Below, in pieces: positions 48,109 through 57,824 of a stretch of DNA of 58,937 nucleotides (position 1 is its first letter; the number at the start of each line of letters is the position of its first letter). Both the position numbers and the translations under genes were made by a program. The notes beneath the pieces were generated by a model. That model ran no database searches. It was not told the origin of the DNA and was given only the letters and a program-made list of their open reading frames with translations. Source of the DNA: an uncultured Tissierella sp. (lineage in GTDB: Bacteria; Bacillota; Clostridia; Tissierellales; Tissierellaceae); the NCBI GenBank assembly GCA_964532845.1, contig CAZHLF010000001.1, positions 2,109 to 61,045 on the forward strand. Reading direction: 5' to 3'.

Positions 48109-48888
48109 ATGAAGAAAAACATATTTTTACTTATTGTTTTATTACTTTTAACAGGATGTCAAAAGGAAGTAGTAGAGCCTGTTGAAGAAGAGGTTGTTAA
48201 TATAGAAGAGCCTCAAATTGAGGAAGAGGTTCTTACAAGAGAAGAGCAAACTGAAATTTTAAAAAATTATTATGGGCTGTTAAGTTCTAAGAGTCCTACA
48301 CAAAATATAATTAAGCTAATAAATGAAAATGTTTCAAAGCTGGATGAGGATATAGTTGATGAAATAGTCTTAAGCCTGGAGGATCATTTAGTACTAGCTA
48401 ATCCTTCTATCAGGGAGCTAAGTCAGACTCTAATAAAATACAAGGATTACTCTTCAGCAGAAATACAGTCCTATCTGGATATTTTGTATACTGAAGGAGG
48501 GAAGATATTTTCTGATGGAGAAACTTCTGTAATTTCATTAAATGAACTTACAACTAGGGGATTAGAGACGGAAGCACATTTAAGAAAATTCCCAGATGGC
48601 AAGACATATAATAAGGTTAATGAATATTTTTCGGCATATATTTATGCAGCAATTCAGGGTGTAGGAAATCCATATATTTATGCTGAAGATGGGAGTTCCA
48701 TTATTAGAGAAGATATAATCAAGATTTATAAGGGGATAATAGAGTACAATCCTGAATTTAATATGTCCAAGATATTTCAGAAGTATTTGGACACACTGGC
48801 TTTGGATGGAAATGATATAAACGGTCAAAATGTAGTGGTTTTCTATGAAGACTTGATTAGAATAATAGAAAACAACTCAAAGTTTTAG
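48109..48888 (+). CDS. Hypothetical lipoprotein
   Basis: Signal peptide with lipobox LLTGC. Confidence 0.75.
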   Translation: MKKNIFLLIVLLLLTGCQKEVVEPVEEEVVNIEEPQIEEEVLTREEQTEILKNYYGLLSSKSPTQNIIKLINENVSKLDEDIVDEIVLSLEDHLVLANPSIRELSQTLIKYKDYSSAEIQSYLDILYTEGGKIFSDGETSVISLNELTTRGLETEAHLRKFPDGKTYNKVNEYFSAYIYAAIQGVGNPYIYAEDGSSIIREDIIKIYKGIIEYNPEFNMSKIFQKYLDTLALDGNDINGQNVVVFYEDLIRIIENNSKF

Positions 48889-48918
48889 TAGACAACTATA
48901 AACCAATAAGGTGAGATT

Positions 48919-50256
48919 ATGATACTAAAAACAAGAAACAACATGCCTAAAGGAATTTCATATAAAGGAGTTTTAAGGGATAGTTTTTTCACCTTCATAT
49001 ATGATCTTACTTATAAAAAGGATGGGAAAATGGTCTATGAAAGAATAATCTTCAATGAGATTTTAAGATTAATTTCCGAAGCGAAGGAGCTTATCCTTAT
49101 AGACTTTTTTCTTTTCAATTCCTACAATAATGATGGAACTTATCCTAATTATACTGGAGAGTTAAAAAATGCTTTGATCAGTAAGAAAAAGGAAAATAAA
49201 GATATAAGAGTAATAATAATTACTGATGAGATAAACACATTTTATGGATATTACAAATCTAAGCACCTGGAGAGTTTAAAGGAAAATGACATAGAGGTAA
49301 TAGTTACGGACCTTGATATGGTTGCGGATTCCAATCAATTCTATTCATTTTTTTGGAGATTGCTTGGCATTAATAGACTAGGAGTTAAGGGAAAGGGTTG
49401 GGTAACAAATATTTTAACCAGTAAATCTGAAAAGGTCACTATTCGTTCGTATTTAAGAATGCTTAACTTTAAAGCAAATCATAGAAAAGTATTGTTAACT
49501 GAAAAGGAAGGATTAGTAACTTCTTTTAATCCTCATGATACTAGTGGAAATCATTCGAATATTGGGTTTCTGGTACAAGGTGAAATAATAAAGGATTTAT
49601 TGGAATCTGAAAATGCAATAATAGAATATATGAGTGGGAAAAGAGTAAATCTCCATAATATAATTTCTTTAGAAAACCAAGCTAGGGCTATGGTAATTAC
49701 TGAAGGAAAAATTTTGGCGGAATTTTTAGAAGAAATAAGAGCCGCAGGCTCAGGTGATAAAATAAGCATGGTAATGTTTTATATTGCAGAAAACTCAGTA
49801 ATAAAGGAGCTTATAGCTGCAAGTAATAGAGGAGTAGAAATTAAACTAATACTTGATTATAATAGAGATGCCTTTGGACTTAAAAAGGTTGGAATTCCCA
49901 ATAGACCAGTGGCTAAAAAACTTAAAGAAAGCTCAGACATTCAAATAAAATGGTATAACACCCATGGTGAACAATTCCACAGCAAGATGACTATATTCCA
50001 GAGAAAAGATGAAGTAATTTTAATAGGAGGTTCCTGTAACTTAACTAGAAGGAATTTAAAAGACTATAATCTTGAAACTAACTTAAAGGTAATACTTCCT
50101 AAAGAGGATTTAGAATCACAGAAGGTATTAAATTATTTCCAACGCATATGGAATAATGAGGATGCAGAATACACCTTAGATTTTAAAATGGAGGATTTAG
50201 GCCTTCGGACCATTGGATATTATATTCAGGAATGGACAGGCTTAAGTAGCTTTTAA
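48919..50256 (+). CDS. Phospholipase D superfamily protein
   Basis: Two HxK motifs (NHRKVLLTE, FHSKMTIFQ), GSCNLT, NLE. Confidence 0.8.
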   Translation: MILKTRNNMPKGISYKGVLRDSFFTFIYDLTYKKDGKMVYERIIFNEILRLISEAKELILIDFFLFNSYNNDGTYPNYTGELKNALISKKKENKDIRVIIITDEINTFYGYYKSKHLESLKENDIEVIVTDLDMVADSNQFYSFFWRLLGINRLGVKGKGWVTNILTSKSEKVTIRSYLRMLNFKANHRKVLLTEKEGLVTSFNPHDTSGNHSNIGFLVQGEIIKDLLESENAIIEYMSGKRVNLHNIISLENQARAMVITEGKILAEFLEEIRAAGSGDKISMVMFYIAENSVIKELIAASNRGVEIKLILDYNRDAFGLKKVGIPNRPVAKKLKESSDIQIKWYNTHGEQFHSKMTIFQRKDEVILIGGSCNLTRRNLKDYNLETNLKVILPKEDLESQKVLNYFQRIWNNEDAEYTLDFKMEDLGLRTIGYYIQEWTGLSSF

Positions 50257-50262
50257 AAATGT

Positions 50263-50322
50263 AGGGACAGAGGGACAGGAGTTGCGTCCCAAGTGGGACG
50301 CAACTCCTGTCCCTCTGTCCCT
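50263..50322. repeat. Perfect 28-bp GC-rich inverted repeat (GGGAC-type), also likely bidirectional terminator
   Basis: AGGGACAGAGGGACAGGAGTTGCGTCCC-aagt-GGGACGCAACTCCTGTCCCTCTGTCCCT. Confidence 0.8.
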
Positions 50323-50325
50323 TTT

Positions 50326-51393
50326 TTACATTATCTTAGAAATAATTTTCTTGTATCTATCCGTATATTTTACAAAATCATAGTTTTGATTTTTAACCAC
50401 TGAATTTATAAAGCTTTGCTTTAATTGTTCAATAGATCTGATTGAGGTGTCATTATCTATCAGAGAGAAGAATTTGTTCTTGGACATATCTAAGGAATCT
50501 TCATCTACTGCTAATAGCCAATCAGCAAAACTTTCTATATAATCAAGGGTTAGATTAACATCTTTAATAACTGCAGCAATATCAGCAAATAATAAAATAT
50601 TATTTCCCAACATAAAGGAATCAAGTTGATAATCGTAAATCATTTTTCTTTGAAGCTTTGCAACTTCTATTGCAAAATCTAAGTCCCTATCCTTTAGGGC
50701 GGTACCCCACATACCAGTTAGGGATACAATAGTGTTGTTGACACTTGTATAGAGGCTTTCCTGCTCGATCTTCTTTGCCTTAATGCCTTCACCAGTAATG
50801 GAATAAATAGTAGATAACATAAAGTCTGGATTGATATTCAATTTAGGCAGTGCGTTTAATACTTCAATTGCCTTATCATAATCCTGTTTCATTGTATAAA
50901 GACTACTAAGTACATATAATGATGCTTGCTTTACCTCTAAATCATCTATCCTGGAGGATTCCTCCAATAGTCCTATGGACTTTTCTATGGCCATGTTGGC
51001 TTTTTCCTCTGAATCAGCCATTTGTATATATTGCTGCAATAGACTTCCTATTCTAAACTTAAGAAATAAGGATTTTGGATATTTTAAAAGATATTTATCA
51101 ACAGTAGCCATTGCGGTGTCATAATCCTTTGTTTCAAAGGCTTCAGCACAAATTCTATTGATATTCATTATTTCGTCTGGTGTTAGCTGTGTTTCAAACA
51201 TCAACAATGAGTCCACATCTGTGTGGAGATATCTTGCTATGGAGGAAAGAAGTGTAATATCAGGATAGGTCTCACCATTTTCCCATTTGGTGATTAAGTC
51301 TTCACTGACCTCTATTGCCTTAGCTAAATCGACCTTTTCTATACCTTTTTCTTTTCTAAGGGTTTGAATTGTATTTCCTATTGAAAGCTTCAT
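50326..51393 (-). CDS. XRE-family HTH regulator with helical/TPR-like C-terminal domain
   Basis: IGNTIQTLRKEKG...KWENGETYPDITLL; helical repeats. Confidence 0.85.
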   Translation of the reverse strand: MKLSIGNTIQTLRKEKGIEKVDLAKAIEVSEDLITKWENGETYPDITLLSSIARYLHTDVDSLLMFETQLTPDEIMNINRICAEAFETKDYDTAMATVDKYLLKYPKSLFLKFRIGSLLQQYIQMADSEEKANMAIEKSIGLLEESSRIDDLEVKQASLYVLSSLYTMKQDYDKAIEVLNALPKLNINPDFMLSTIYSITGEGIKAKKIEQESLYTSVNNTIVSLTGMWGTALKDRDLDFAIEVAKLQRKMIYDYQLDSFMLGNNILLFADIAAVIKDVNLTLDYIESFADWLLAVDEDSLDMSKNKFFSLIDNDTSIRSIEQLKQSFINSVVKNQNYDFVKYTDRYKKIISKIM

Positions 51394-51486
51394 AATTTTC
51401 CTCCTTTGTTTTGATACTATAAAAACTTATACTATTTACAATATACCCTTTTTGGGAGTACATTAGCAAATATTTAGTTGCAGTTT

Positions 51487-51506
51487 GTTCATAAAAAGTT
51501 CATACT
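51487..51506 (+). promoter_or_regulatory. HssR-like direct repeat GTTCATA-N4-GTTCATA
   Basis: Resembles HssR box GTTCATATT-N2-GTTCATATT; upstream of HssR-like regulator. Confidence 0.55.
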
Positions 51507-51547
51507 TAAAATATATCCTTTAAACAATAGGATAAGAGGTGATATAA

Positions 51548-52216
51548 ATGAATGATATTTTAATCGTAGATGACAATGAAAATATACGAAAACTCATAGA
51601 AATATATCTTAAAAGAGAAGGATTTAATACCTATCATGCTGGTAATGGTGAAGAAGCACTGGAAGTTATAGACAAGCACAAGATTGAGTTAATTATCCTT
51701 GATATAATGATGCCTGTAATGGATGGTTACGAGCTTACAAAAGAATTAAGAGATGCAGGCTTTATAGTACCTATTCTAATGGTAACAGCTAAGGACACCT
51801 ATCCAGATAAGAAAAAGGGGTTTGATTTAGGTATTGATGATTATATTACTAAGCCTATAGATATGGAAGAACTGGTACTACGAGTAAAAGCTCTTTTAAG
51901 AAGGGCTAGAATTTCTCAGGATAAAAAATTGGTTATAGGGGATATAATCCTTGATTACGACAGCCTAGAGGTAATAACTCCTAGTGATGAAATTTCTCTA
52001 CCTAAGAAGGAATTTTATCTTTTGTATAAACTATTATCATATCCTAAGAAGATATTTACTAGACAGGACCTTTTGGACGATATTTGGGGTTATGATACAG
52101 AGGTAGATGAAAGAACCGTAGATGTTCATATTAAAAGATTAAGGGAAAAATTTAAGGATTTTAAGGAATTTGAAATAGTTACTGTAAGGGGATTAGGTTA
52201 TAAGGGAGTTTATTGA
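51548..52216 (+). CDS. OmpR-family response regulator (HssR-like)
   Basis: LIVDD, LDIMMP, DDYITKP, RTVDVHIKRLR. Confidence 0.92.
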   Translation: MNDILIVDDNENIRKLIEIYLKREGFNTYHAGNGEEALEVIDKHKIELIILDIMMPVMDGYELTKELRDAGFIVPILMVTAKDTYPDKKKGFDLGIDDYITKPIDMEELVLRVKALLRRARISQDKKLVIGDIILDYDSLEVITPSDEISLPKKEFYLLYKLLSYPKKIFTRQDLLDDIWGYDTEVDERTVDVHIKRLREKFKDFKEFEIVTVRGLGYKGVY

Positions 52217-52218
52217 TA

Positions 52219-53523
52219 ATGAAGAAAACCATATATAAGCAGCTAATAATTATTTTTGTTGGAGTATTAATCTTTAGCAATATAATTACTTCTATTTTTG
52301 TGGCTAGGAGATTTGAATACAATACTGTTTCAGATATGACTTTAAAGATGATTTCCTCTGTAGAAGAAGCCAAAGAAACATATCTTAAATATAATATGTC
52401 TATAAGGGACCTTAATATACTATTTAGGGATAAAACTATACCAATTAGGTTTACAGATAATCTCCAGGGGTATGATTTAACAGAGGCTCAAATCAATAGT
52501 ATTAATAAAGGTGAATGTATATTATTGAATCATAAATCATCTGCTAATTCATTTCCTGCTGCAATTACTAAGGCAAAGGATATCTATATAGTTTCCGATA
52601 TTGGTGGACATTCCATATTTAATATAATAAGAAGCATTTTGACCTTTAATTCAACCATAGCAACTATAATTGGCAGCATAATATTTTTAGTGGTGGGTAA
52701 TATGGCTGTAAAGCCATTGAGAGCATTGATTAATGCCACAAAAAAAGTTGCTGCTGGAGATTTTAACGTAGAACTAAAGTGTAATAGAAAAAATGAACTA
52801 GGAGAGTTAATAGACAGCTTTAATAAGATGGCTAAGGAGTTAAGCTCCATAGAGATACTTAGAAATGATTTTGTATCTGATATTTCCCATGAGTTTAAGA
52901 CACCCATTACTTCAATTGAAGGATATACAAAGCTATTAGAATCTAGCAATGAAGAAGAAAGAAAAGAGTTTATTGAGATAATACTTCGTGAAACCAATAG
53001 GCTTTCAACTATGGCAACCAATATATTGACCATAAATAAACTGGATTATGAAGATGTAAATATAGATGAAGAATTTAGACTTGATGAACAGATAAGAAAA
53101 TCAGTACTCTTACTTGAAAACAAATGGAGTGAAAAGGACTTAGATTTGGTTGTAGATTTAGATGAAGTTATATTTAAAGGAAATAAAGGTTTGATAAATC
53201 AGATTTGGATAAATCTTTTAGATAATGCGATTAAGTATTCTACTAAGGGTGGAAGAATTACATTGCAGCTTAATGATCATAAAGATAGTTTTGAATTCAT
53301 CATTAGAGATGAAGGTAAAGGAATTAATGAAGAAGATCAAAAAAGGGTCTTTGATAAATTCTATAAAGGTGATGGTTCCAAGAATATTGAAGGTACAGGA
53401 CTAGGACTATCTATAGTAAAAAGGATTGTGGAGCTGTATGGAGGAAGGATCAACTTAAACAGTAAGCCTAATGAGGGTACAAAGATTAGTATTGTTTTTG
53501 AGAAAAATTTAGTGAAATCATAA
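52219..53523 (+). CDS. HAMP-domain sensor histidine kinase (HssS-like)
   Basis: 2 TM, HAMP, SHEFKTP, NAIKY, GTGLGL. Confidence 0.92.
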   Translation: MKKTIYKQLIIIFVGVLIFSNIITSIFVARRFEYNTVSDMTLKMISSVEEAKETYLKYNMSIRDLNILFRDKTIPIRFTDNLQGYDLTEAQINSINKGECILLNHKSSANSFPAAITKAKDIYIVSDIGGHSIFNIIRSILTFNSTIATIIGSIIFLVVGNMAVKPLRALINATKKVAAGDFNVELKCNRKNELGELIDSFNKMAKELSSIEILRNDFVSDISHEFKTPITSIEGYTKLLESSNEEERKEFIEIILRETNRLSTMATNILTINKLDYEDVNIDEEFRLDEQIRKSVLLLENKWSEKDLDLVVDLDEVIFKGNKGLINQIWINLLDNAIKYSTKGGRITLQLNDHKDSFEFIIRDEGKGINEEDQKRVFDKFYKGDGSKNIEGTGLGLSIVKRIVELYGGRINLNSKPNEGTKISIVFEKNLVKS

Positions 53524-53566
53524 TTCTAACACAATTATTGTGTAGAATAAATTACGGAGGTGTATT

Positions 53567-55444
53567 ATGAACAAAAAACAAGTGCCTAAAAAGCCATTAA
53601 TGTTTTATTATCTAATATCTTTAATAGTACTGATGCTATTAAATCAATTTGTTTTTCCACAAATGGCAAAGGATAGAATTATTGAAACTGACTATGCTAC
53701 ATTTTTAAAATATTTAGATGATGGTCTTATAGAGGAAGTTGAGGTACAAGATACTCAAATTCTATTTACAGTAAAAAATGAAGAGGGTAAGCTGGATTAC
53801 TTTAAATCAGGAAGAATGCCAGATGAAGGCCTTACAGACAGATTGATTGCAAAAGGCGTTACTAAGTTCGGTAAGGTAATACCAACTCAAGTGTCACCAC
53901 TACTTAGCTACTTCTTAACTATGATATTACCATTGGTTTTAATATCTATATTAGGGCCAATTCTTATGAGGAGAATGACTAAGGGTATGGGTGGAAATGC
54001 CATGAGCTTTGGAAAGAGTAATGCTAAAGTATATGTACCGGCAGATCAAGAGGGTAAGACCTTTGCAGATGTTGCAGGTCAGGATGAAGCAAAAGAAGCT
54101 TTAGCTGAGATTGTAGATTTTCTACACAACCCTAAGAAATATGCAGACATAGGAGCTAATATGCCAAAGGGAGCATTGTTAGTAGGACCTCCTGGAACAG
54201 GAAAAACTCTACTTGCAAAAGCAGTAGCAGGTGAAGCAAATGTACCTTTCTTCTCCATATCAGGCTCAGATTTCGTTGAGATGTTTGTAGGTATGGGAGC
54301 AGCAAAGGTGAGAGATTTATTCAAGCAAGCACAGGATAAGGCTCCTTGCATAGTATTTATAGATGAAGTTGATACAATTGGTAAGAAAAGAGATGGTTCA
54401 GGATTTGGCGGAAATGATGAGAGAGAGCAGACTTTAAACCAACTATTATCAGAAATGGATGGATTTGATGGTAAAAAAGGAGTTGTAATCCTTGCAGCGA
54501 CCAATAGACCTGAAACCCTTGATAAGGCTCTATTAAGACCAGGTAGATTTGACAGAAGAGTACCAGTAAACCTTCCAGATTTACAAGGTAGAGAAGCAAT
54601 ATTAAAGGTACACTCTAAAAAGGTTAAAATGGAAGATAATATAGATTTCAATCAAGTTGCAAGATCTACTGCAGGTGCATCAGGTGCAGAACTTGCAAAT
54701 ATAATAAATGAAGCAGCTTTAAGAGCAGTTAGAATGGGCAGAGATAAAATCGCTCAAGTAGACTTGGAAGAGTCTGTAGAGGTTATAATAGCAGGATATC
54801 AAAGAAAGGGTGCTGTAATCTCTGAAAGAGAAAAGGAAATAATTGCATACCACGAAATAGGTCATGCACTGGTTGCAGCAAAGCAGGAAAATTCTGCACC
54901 AGTTCATAAGATTACTATTATTCCTCGTACTTCGGGAGCTCTTGGATATACTATGCAGGTAGAGGAAGAGGAAACAGTTCTTCTAACTAAGGAAGAGGCT
55001 TTAAACAAAATAGCTACCTTTTCAGGTGGTAGGGCAGCAGAAGAAGTAATGTTTGGCTCAATTACCTCGGGTGCATCAAATGATATTGAACAAATGACAA
55101 GACTAGCAAGAGCAATGGTTACTAGACTTGGTATGAGTGATAAATTTGGAATGATGGCTCTAGAAACAGTTACAAACCAATACCTTGGTGGAGATACATC
55201 TCTTGCATGCTCCCCTGAAACCTCAGCCTTAATCGATAAGGAAGTTCAATCTATAATAACAGATAGCCATAACAAGGCAAGAAAAATCCTTGAAGACAAT
55301 AAGGATATGTTAATAGAATTATCAAAGTATCTTCTTGAAAAAGAAACCATCACTGGTGCAGAGTTTATGAAGATATTAAACAAAGAAGAGGAAGTAAAGA
55401 TGATAGAAGCTAACAAAGAAACTGAAGATAGCATTGAAGAATAA
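53567..55444 (+). CDS. ftsH: ATP-dependent zinc metalloprotease FtsH
   Basis: 2 TM, GPPGTGKT, IDEVD, RPGRFDR, HEIGH. Confidence 0.96.
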   Translation: MNKKQVPKKPLMFYYLISLIVLMLLNQFVFPQMAKDRIIETDYATFLKYLDDGLIEEVEVQDTQILFTVKNEEGKLDYFKSGRMPDEGLTDRLIAKGVTKFGKVIPTQVSPLLSYFLTMILPLVLISILGPILMRRMTKGMGGNAMSFGKSNAKVYVPADQEGKTFADVAGQDEAKEALAEIVDFLHNPKKYADIGANMPKGALLVGPPGTGKTLLAKAVAGEANVPFFSISGSDFVEMFVGMGAAKVRDLFKQAQDKAPCIVFIDEVDTIGKKRDGSGFGGNDEREQTLNQLLSEMDGFDGKKGVVILAATNRPETLDKALLRPGRFDRRVPVNLPDLQGREAILKVHSKKVKMEDNIDFNQVARSTAGASGAELANIINEAALRAVRMGRDKIAQVDLEESVEVIIAGYQRKGAVISEREKEIIAYHEIGHALVAAKQENSAPVHKITIIPRTSGALGYTMQVEEEETVLLTKEEALNKIATFSGGRAAEEVMFGSITSGASNDIEQMTRLARAMVTRLGMSDKFGMMALETVTNQYLGGDTSLACSPETSALIDKEVQSIITDSHNKARKILEDNKDMLIELSKYLLEKETITGAEFMKILNKEEEVKMIEANKETEDSIEE

Positions 55445-55454
55445 GTTTTAATTA

Positions 55455-55500
55455 AAAATCATTTCTTAGGGTATCATACATTCTAAGGAATGATTTTTTT
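55455..55500 (+). terminator. Terminator after ftsH
   Basis: AAAATCATTTCTTAG...CTAAGGAATGATTTTTTT. Confidence 0.65.
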
Positions 55501-55501
55501 C

Positions 55502-55612
55502 ATGACCTAACCCAATTTGCGGTGCTTTTTCGCAAATTGGGTTAGGTCAGATGCAGCCCAACCAAATCCATCCGAGAGAAACGAGCAAATAGATTCCAGT
55601 TAAGCGGCTGTA
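55502..55612 (+). repeat. Dispersed ~110-nt two-hairpin repeat, copy 3 of 3
   Basis: ATGACCTAACCCAATTTGCG...CGCAAATTGGGTTAGGTCAGATGCAGCC...GGCTGTA. Confidence 0.85.
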
Positions 55613-55641
55613 CATTTAAGAAAAAGAAGGAGCTGATATAG

Positions 55642-55881
55642 ATGTTTACAAAGACAGTAGATGCAAGAGAATACTCTTCAATAGACAAACATAAAGTCAT
55701 ATTTGAAACCTTTGACTCACTTAAAAAGGGTGAAAAAATGGAGCTAATAAATGATCATGATCCTAAACCACTTCATTATCAAATGAAGGCTGAAAATGAG
55801 GGCCAGTTTATTTGGGAATATTTAGAGGAAGGTCCTGAAGTATGGAGAGTATCAATTACAAAAAACTTTGCAAATAAATGA
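55642..55881 (+). CDS. DUF2249 domain protein
   Basis: INDHDPKPLHYQ, WEYLEEGPEVWRV. Confidence 0.88.
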   Translation: MFTKTVDAREYSSIDKHKVIFETFDSLKKGEKMELINDHDPKPLHYQMKAENEGQFIWEYLEEGPEVWRVSITKNFANK

Positions 55882-55930
55882 GAAAAAGGAACCGACCCAT
55901 TTTCTCATTTAAGGTTAGGAGTGTGATTTT

Positions 55931-56113
55931 GTGAGGATTATAGTTCATATAATCTTTATTACGCTACTTTTACTGGTAACATTTTTTGGTATAGGTCCTG
56001 TATTATTTGCTGATGGAGTGTTAAGTGAAAGGTTATTTACTTTAGTTGTAATTATTGGAATATACCTGGTGTTAATTTGGTTATATAAAAAGATGTTGAG
56101 AAGCAAAAGATGA
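55931..56113 (+). CDS. Small two-TM hypothetical protein
   Basis: RBS AGGAG; FFGIGPVLFADG..ER. Confidence 0.7.
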   Translation: MRIIVHIIFITLLLLVTFFGIGPVLFADGVLSERLFTLVVIIGIYLVLIWLYKKMLRSKR

Positions 56114-56169
56114 GTTGGAAAACATTCTCCAATCTTATTGAAAGAGCTGGATGTACAGCTCTTTTTTAA

Positions 56170-56186
56170 TGTAAATTTTATGTAAA
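56170..56186 (+). promoter_or_regulatory. WalR-type direct repeat
   Basis: TGTAAA-tttta-TGTAAA. Confidence 0.35.
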
Positions 56187-56253
56187 ATTATTACCTTTAA
56201 TAACTTAACATTATCACTATGGGGTATATCATAGTTAAATGAGAGGTGAACAT

Positions 56254-57360
56254 ATGGATAATAGAGAATATAAGTTATTAAACAAAGAAGAGAAGAGAGA
56301 AAGACTAAAGGAAATATTTAAGGTATTTCTAAAGCTAGGCTTTCTAGCTTTTGGTGGACCTGCTGCTCATATATCCATGATGGATGAAGAAATAATTGAG
56401 AAGAGAAAGTGGATTAGCAGGGAAAAGTTTGTGGACTTTATGGGTGCATCAAACTTAATTCCTGGCCCTAATTCTACGGAGATGGTTATTTACCTTGGTT
56501 CTCAAAGAGGAGGAACTCCAGGATTGTTCCTGGCAGGAGCTTCCTTTATAATACCTGCAATGGTCATAACCCTTATATTTGCTTATTTCTATAAAAATTA
56601 TGGGAGTGTACCCCAGGTTACATCAATATTAGATGGAGTTAAGCCAGCTATTATTGCGGTAGTAATACAGGCTCTATATAGATTGGGCAAATCTGTAATA
56701 AAAGGTAAGTTTGCTTTGGTCTTTGCTCTTATGATCCTAGGTTTATATTTACTGGGTCTTGGTGAAATACCATTACTGTTGGTATCAGGACTAATGATGC
56801 TTTTAATCAAAAATACTAATACCTTTAAAGATAAACACTTTTCACTAGCCCTTCCTATGATTTTTCTTTTGTTCTTAAAGATTGGATTTGTACTTTATGG
56901 AAGTGGATATGTACTTTTAGCCTTTCTTGAGGCTGAATTTGTTGAAAAGTTAGGAGTATTAACTACCACTCAGATAGTAGATGCCATTGCCATAGGTCAG
57001 TTTAAACCTGGACCTGTATTTGCAACTGCAACCTTTATTGGGTATTTATTAAATGGGGTTCCTGGAGCTATTCTGGCTACAATAGGGATTTTTCTTCCTG
57101 CCTTTGTCTTGGTATTAATATTAAATCCAATAATGCATAGACTTAGAGAATCAAAGATTCTTTCAGCCATGTTAGACGGAGTAAATATTGGTTCATTGGT
57201 ATTAATGCTTGTAGTAAGTGTAAAACTTGGGATAGCCTCTATAAACAACTTGATAACAGCTTTGATATTTATTGCTTCATATTTTGCAATAACTAAGTTA
57301 AAAATCAATTCCGTTTGGGCAATAATTGCAGGAGGAATTATAGGATGGATTGCATTGTGA
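56254..57360 (+). CDS. chrA: Chromate efflux transporter (long-chain CHR)
   Basis: FLKLG..AFGGP, PGPNS, YGSGY, PGPVF. Confidence 0.9.
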   Translation: MDNREYKLLNKEEKRERLKEIFKVFLKLGFLAFGGPAAHISMMDEEIIEKRKWISREKFVDFMGASNLIPGPNSTEMVIYLGSQRGGTPGLFLAGASFIIPAMVITLIFAYFYKNYGSVPQVTSILDGVKPAIIAVVIQALYRLGKSVIKGKFALVFALMILGLYLLGLGEIPLLLVSGLMMLLIKNTNTFKDKHFSLALPMIFLLFLKIGFVLYGSGYVLLAFLEAEFVEKLGVLTTTQIVDAIAIGQFKPGPVFATATFIGYLLNGVPGAILATIGIFLPAFVLVLILNPIMHRLRESKILSAMLDGVNIGSLVLMLVVSVKLGIASINNLITALIFIASYFAITKLKINSVWAIIAGGIIGWIAL

Positions 57361-57398
57361 TTATACAACCTAAATATAGGTCATAAGGGGAGATTAAA

Positions 57399-57758
57399 TT
57401 GCTTAGAATCAAAAGAATATATGAGGAAGTAAGTAAAGAAGATGGTTATAGGATACTAGTAGACAAGCTTTGGCCACGAGGTATATCAAAGGAGAAGGCT
57501 AAACTTGATAACTGGGCAAAAGAGATAACCCCTTCAACGGAATTAAGAAAGTATTTTTGCCATGATGCAGAAAAATTTGATGAATTTTCAAAGAGATATA
57601 TTCTTGAACTAGAAACTAATGATTTATCAGAAGATTTTATAGACTTAGTTAGGGGAAAAATAAAAGAAGGTAATGTTACTCTTGTTTATGCAGCAAAGGA
57701 TCCTCAGATAAATCATGCATTAGTGCTTAAAGATTGGATTGAAGAAAAACTACATTAA
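57399..57758 (+). CDS. DUF488/YeaO family protein
   Basis: KRIYE..DGYRILVDKLWPRG, TLVYAAKD..NHA. Confidence 0.9.
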   Translation: MLRIKRIYEEVSKEDGYRILVDKLWPRGISKEKAKLDNWAKEITPSTELRKYFCHDAEKFDEFSKRYILELETNDLSEDFIDLVRGKIKEGNVTLVYAAKDPQINHALVLKDWIEEKLH

Positions 57759-57779
57759 GTAAATAAGGATTAAAAATTA

Positions 57780-57820
57780 GGGGTAGGTAACCTATTTATA
57801 AAAATAGTGTACCTACCCCT
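57780..57820. terminator. Bidirectional terminator
   Basis: GGGGTAGGTA...TACCTACCCC. Confidence 0.7.
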
Positions 57821-57824
57821 TGAT

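Noticed and set aside
50326-51547. XRE-TPR regulator as an RRNPP quorum-sensing receptor
   Set aside because: No adjacent small signal-peptide ORF with an RBS was found
6870-55612. Three-copy repeat or heptamer tract as CRISPR
   Set aside because: Copies are dispersed, with no repeat-spacer periodicity and no cas genes
56995-57015. GQFKPGP in ChrA where GQxTPGP is usual
   Set aside because: Single substitution; cannot be distinguished from neutral variation or error without alignments
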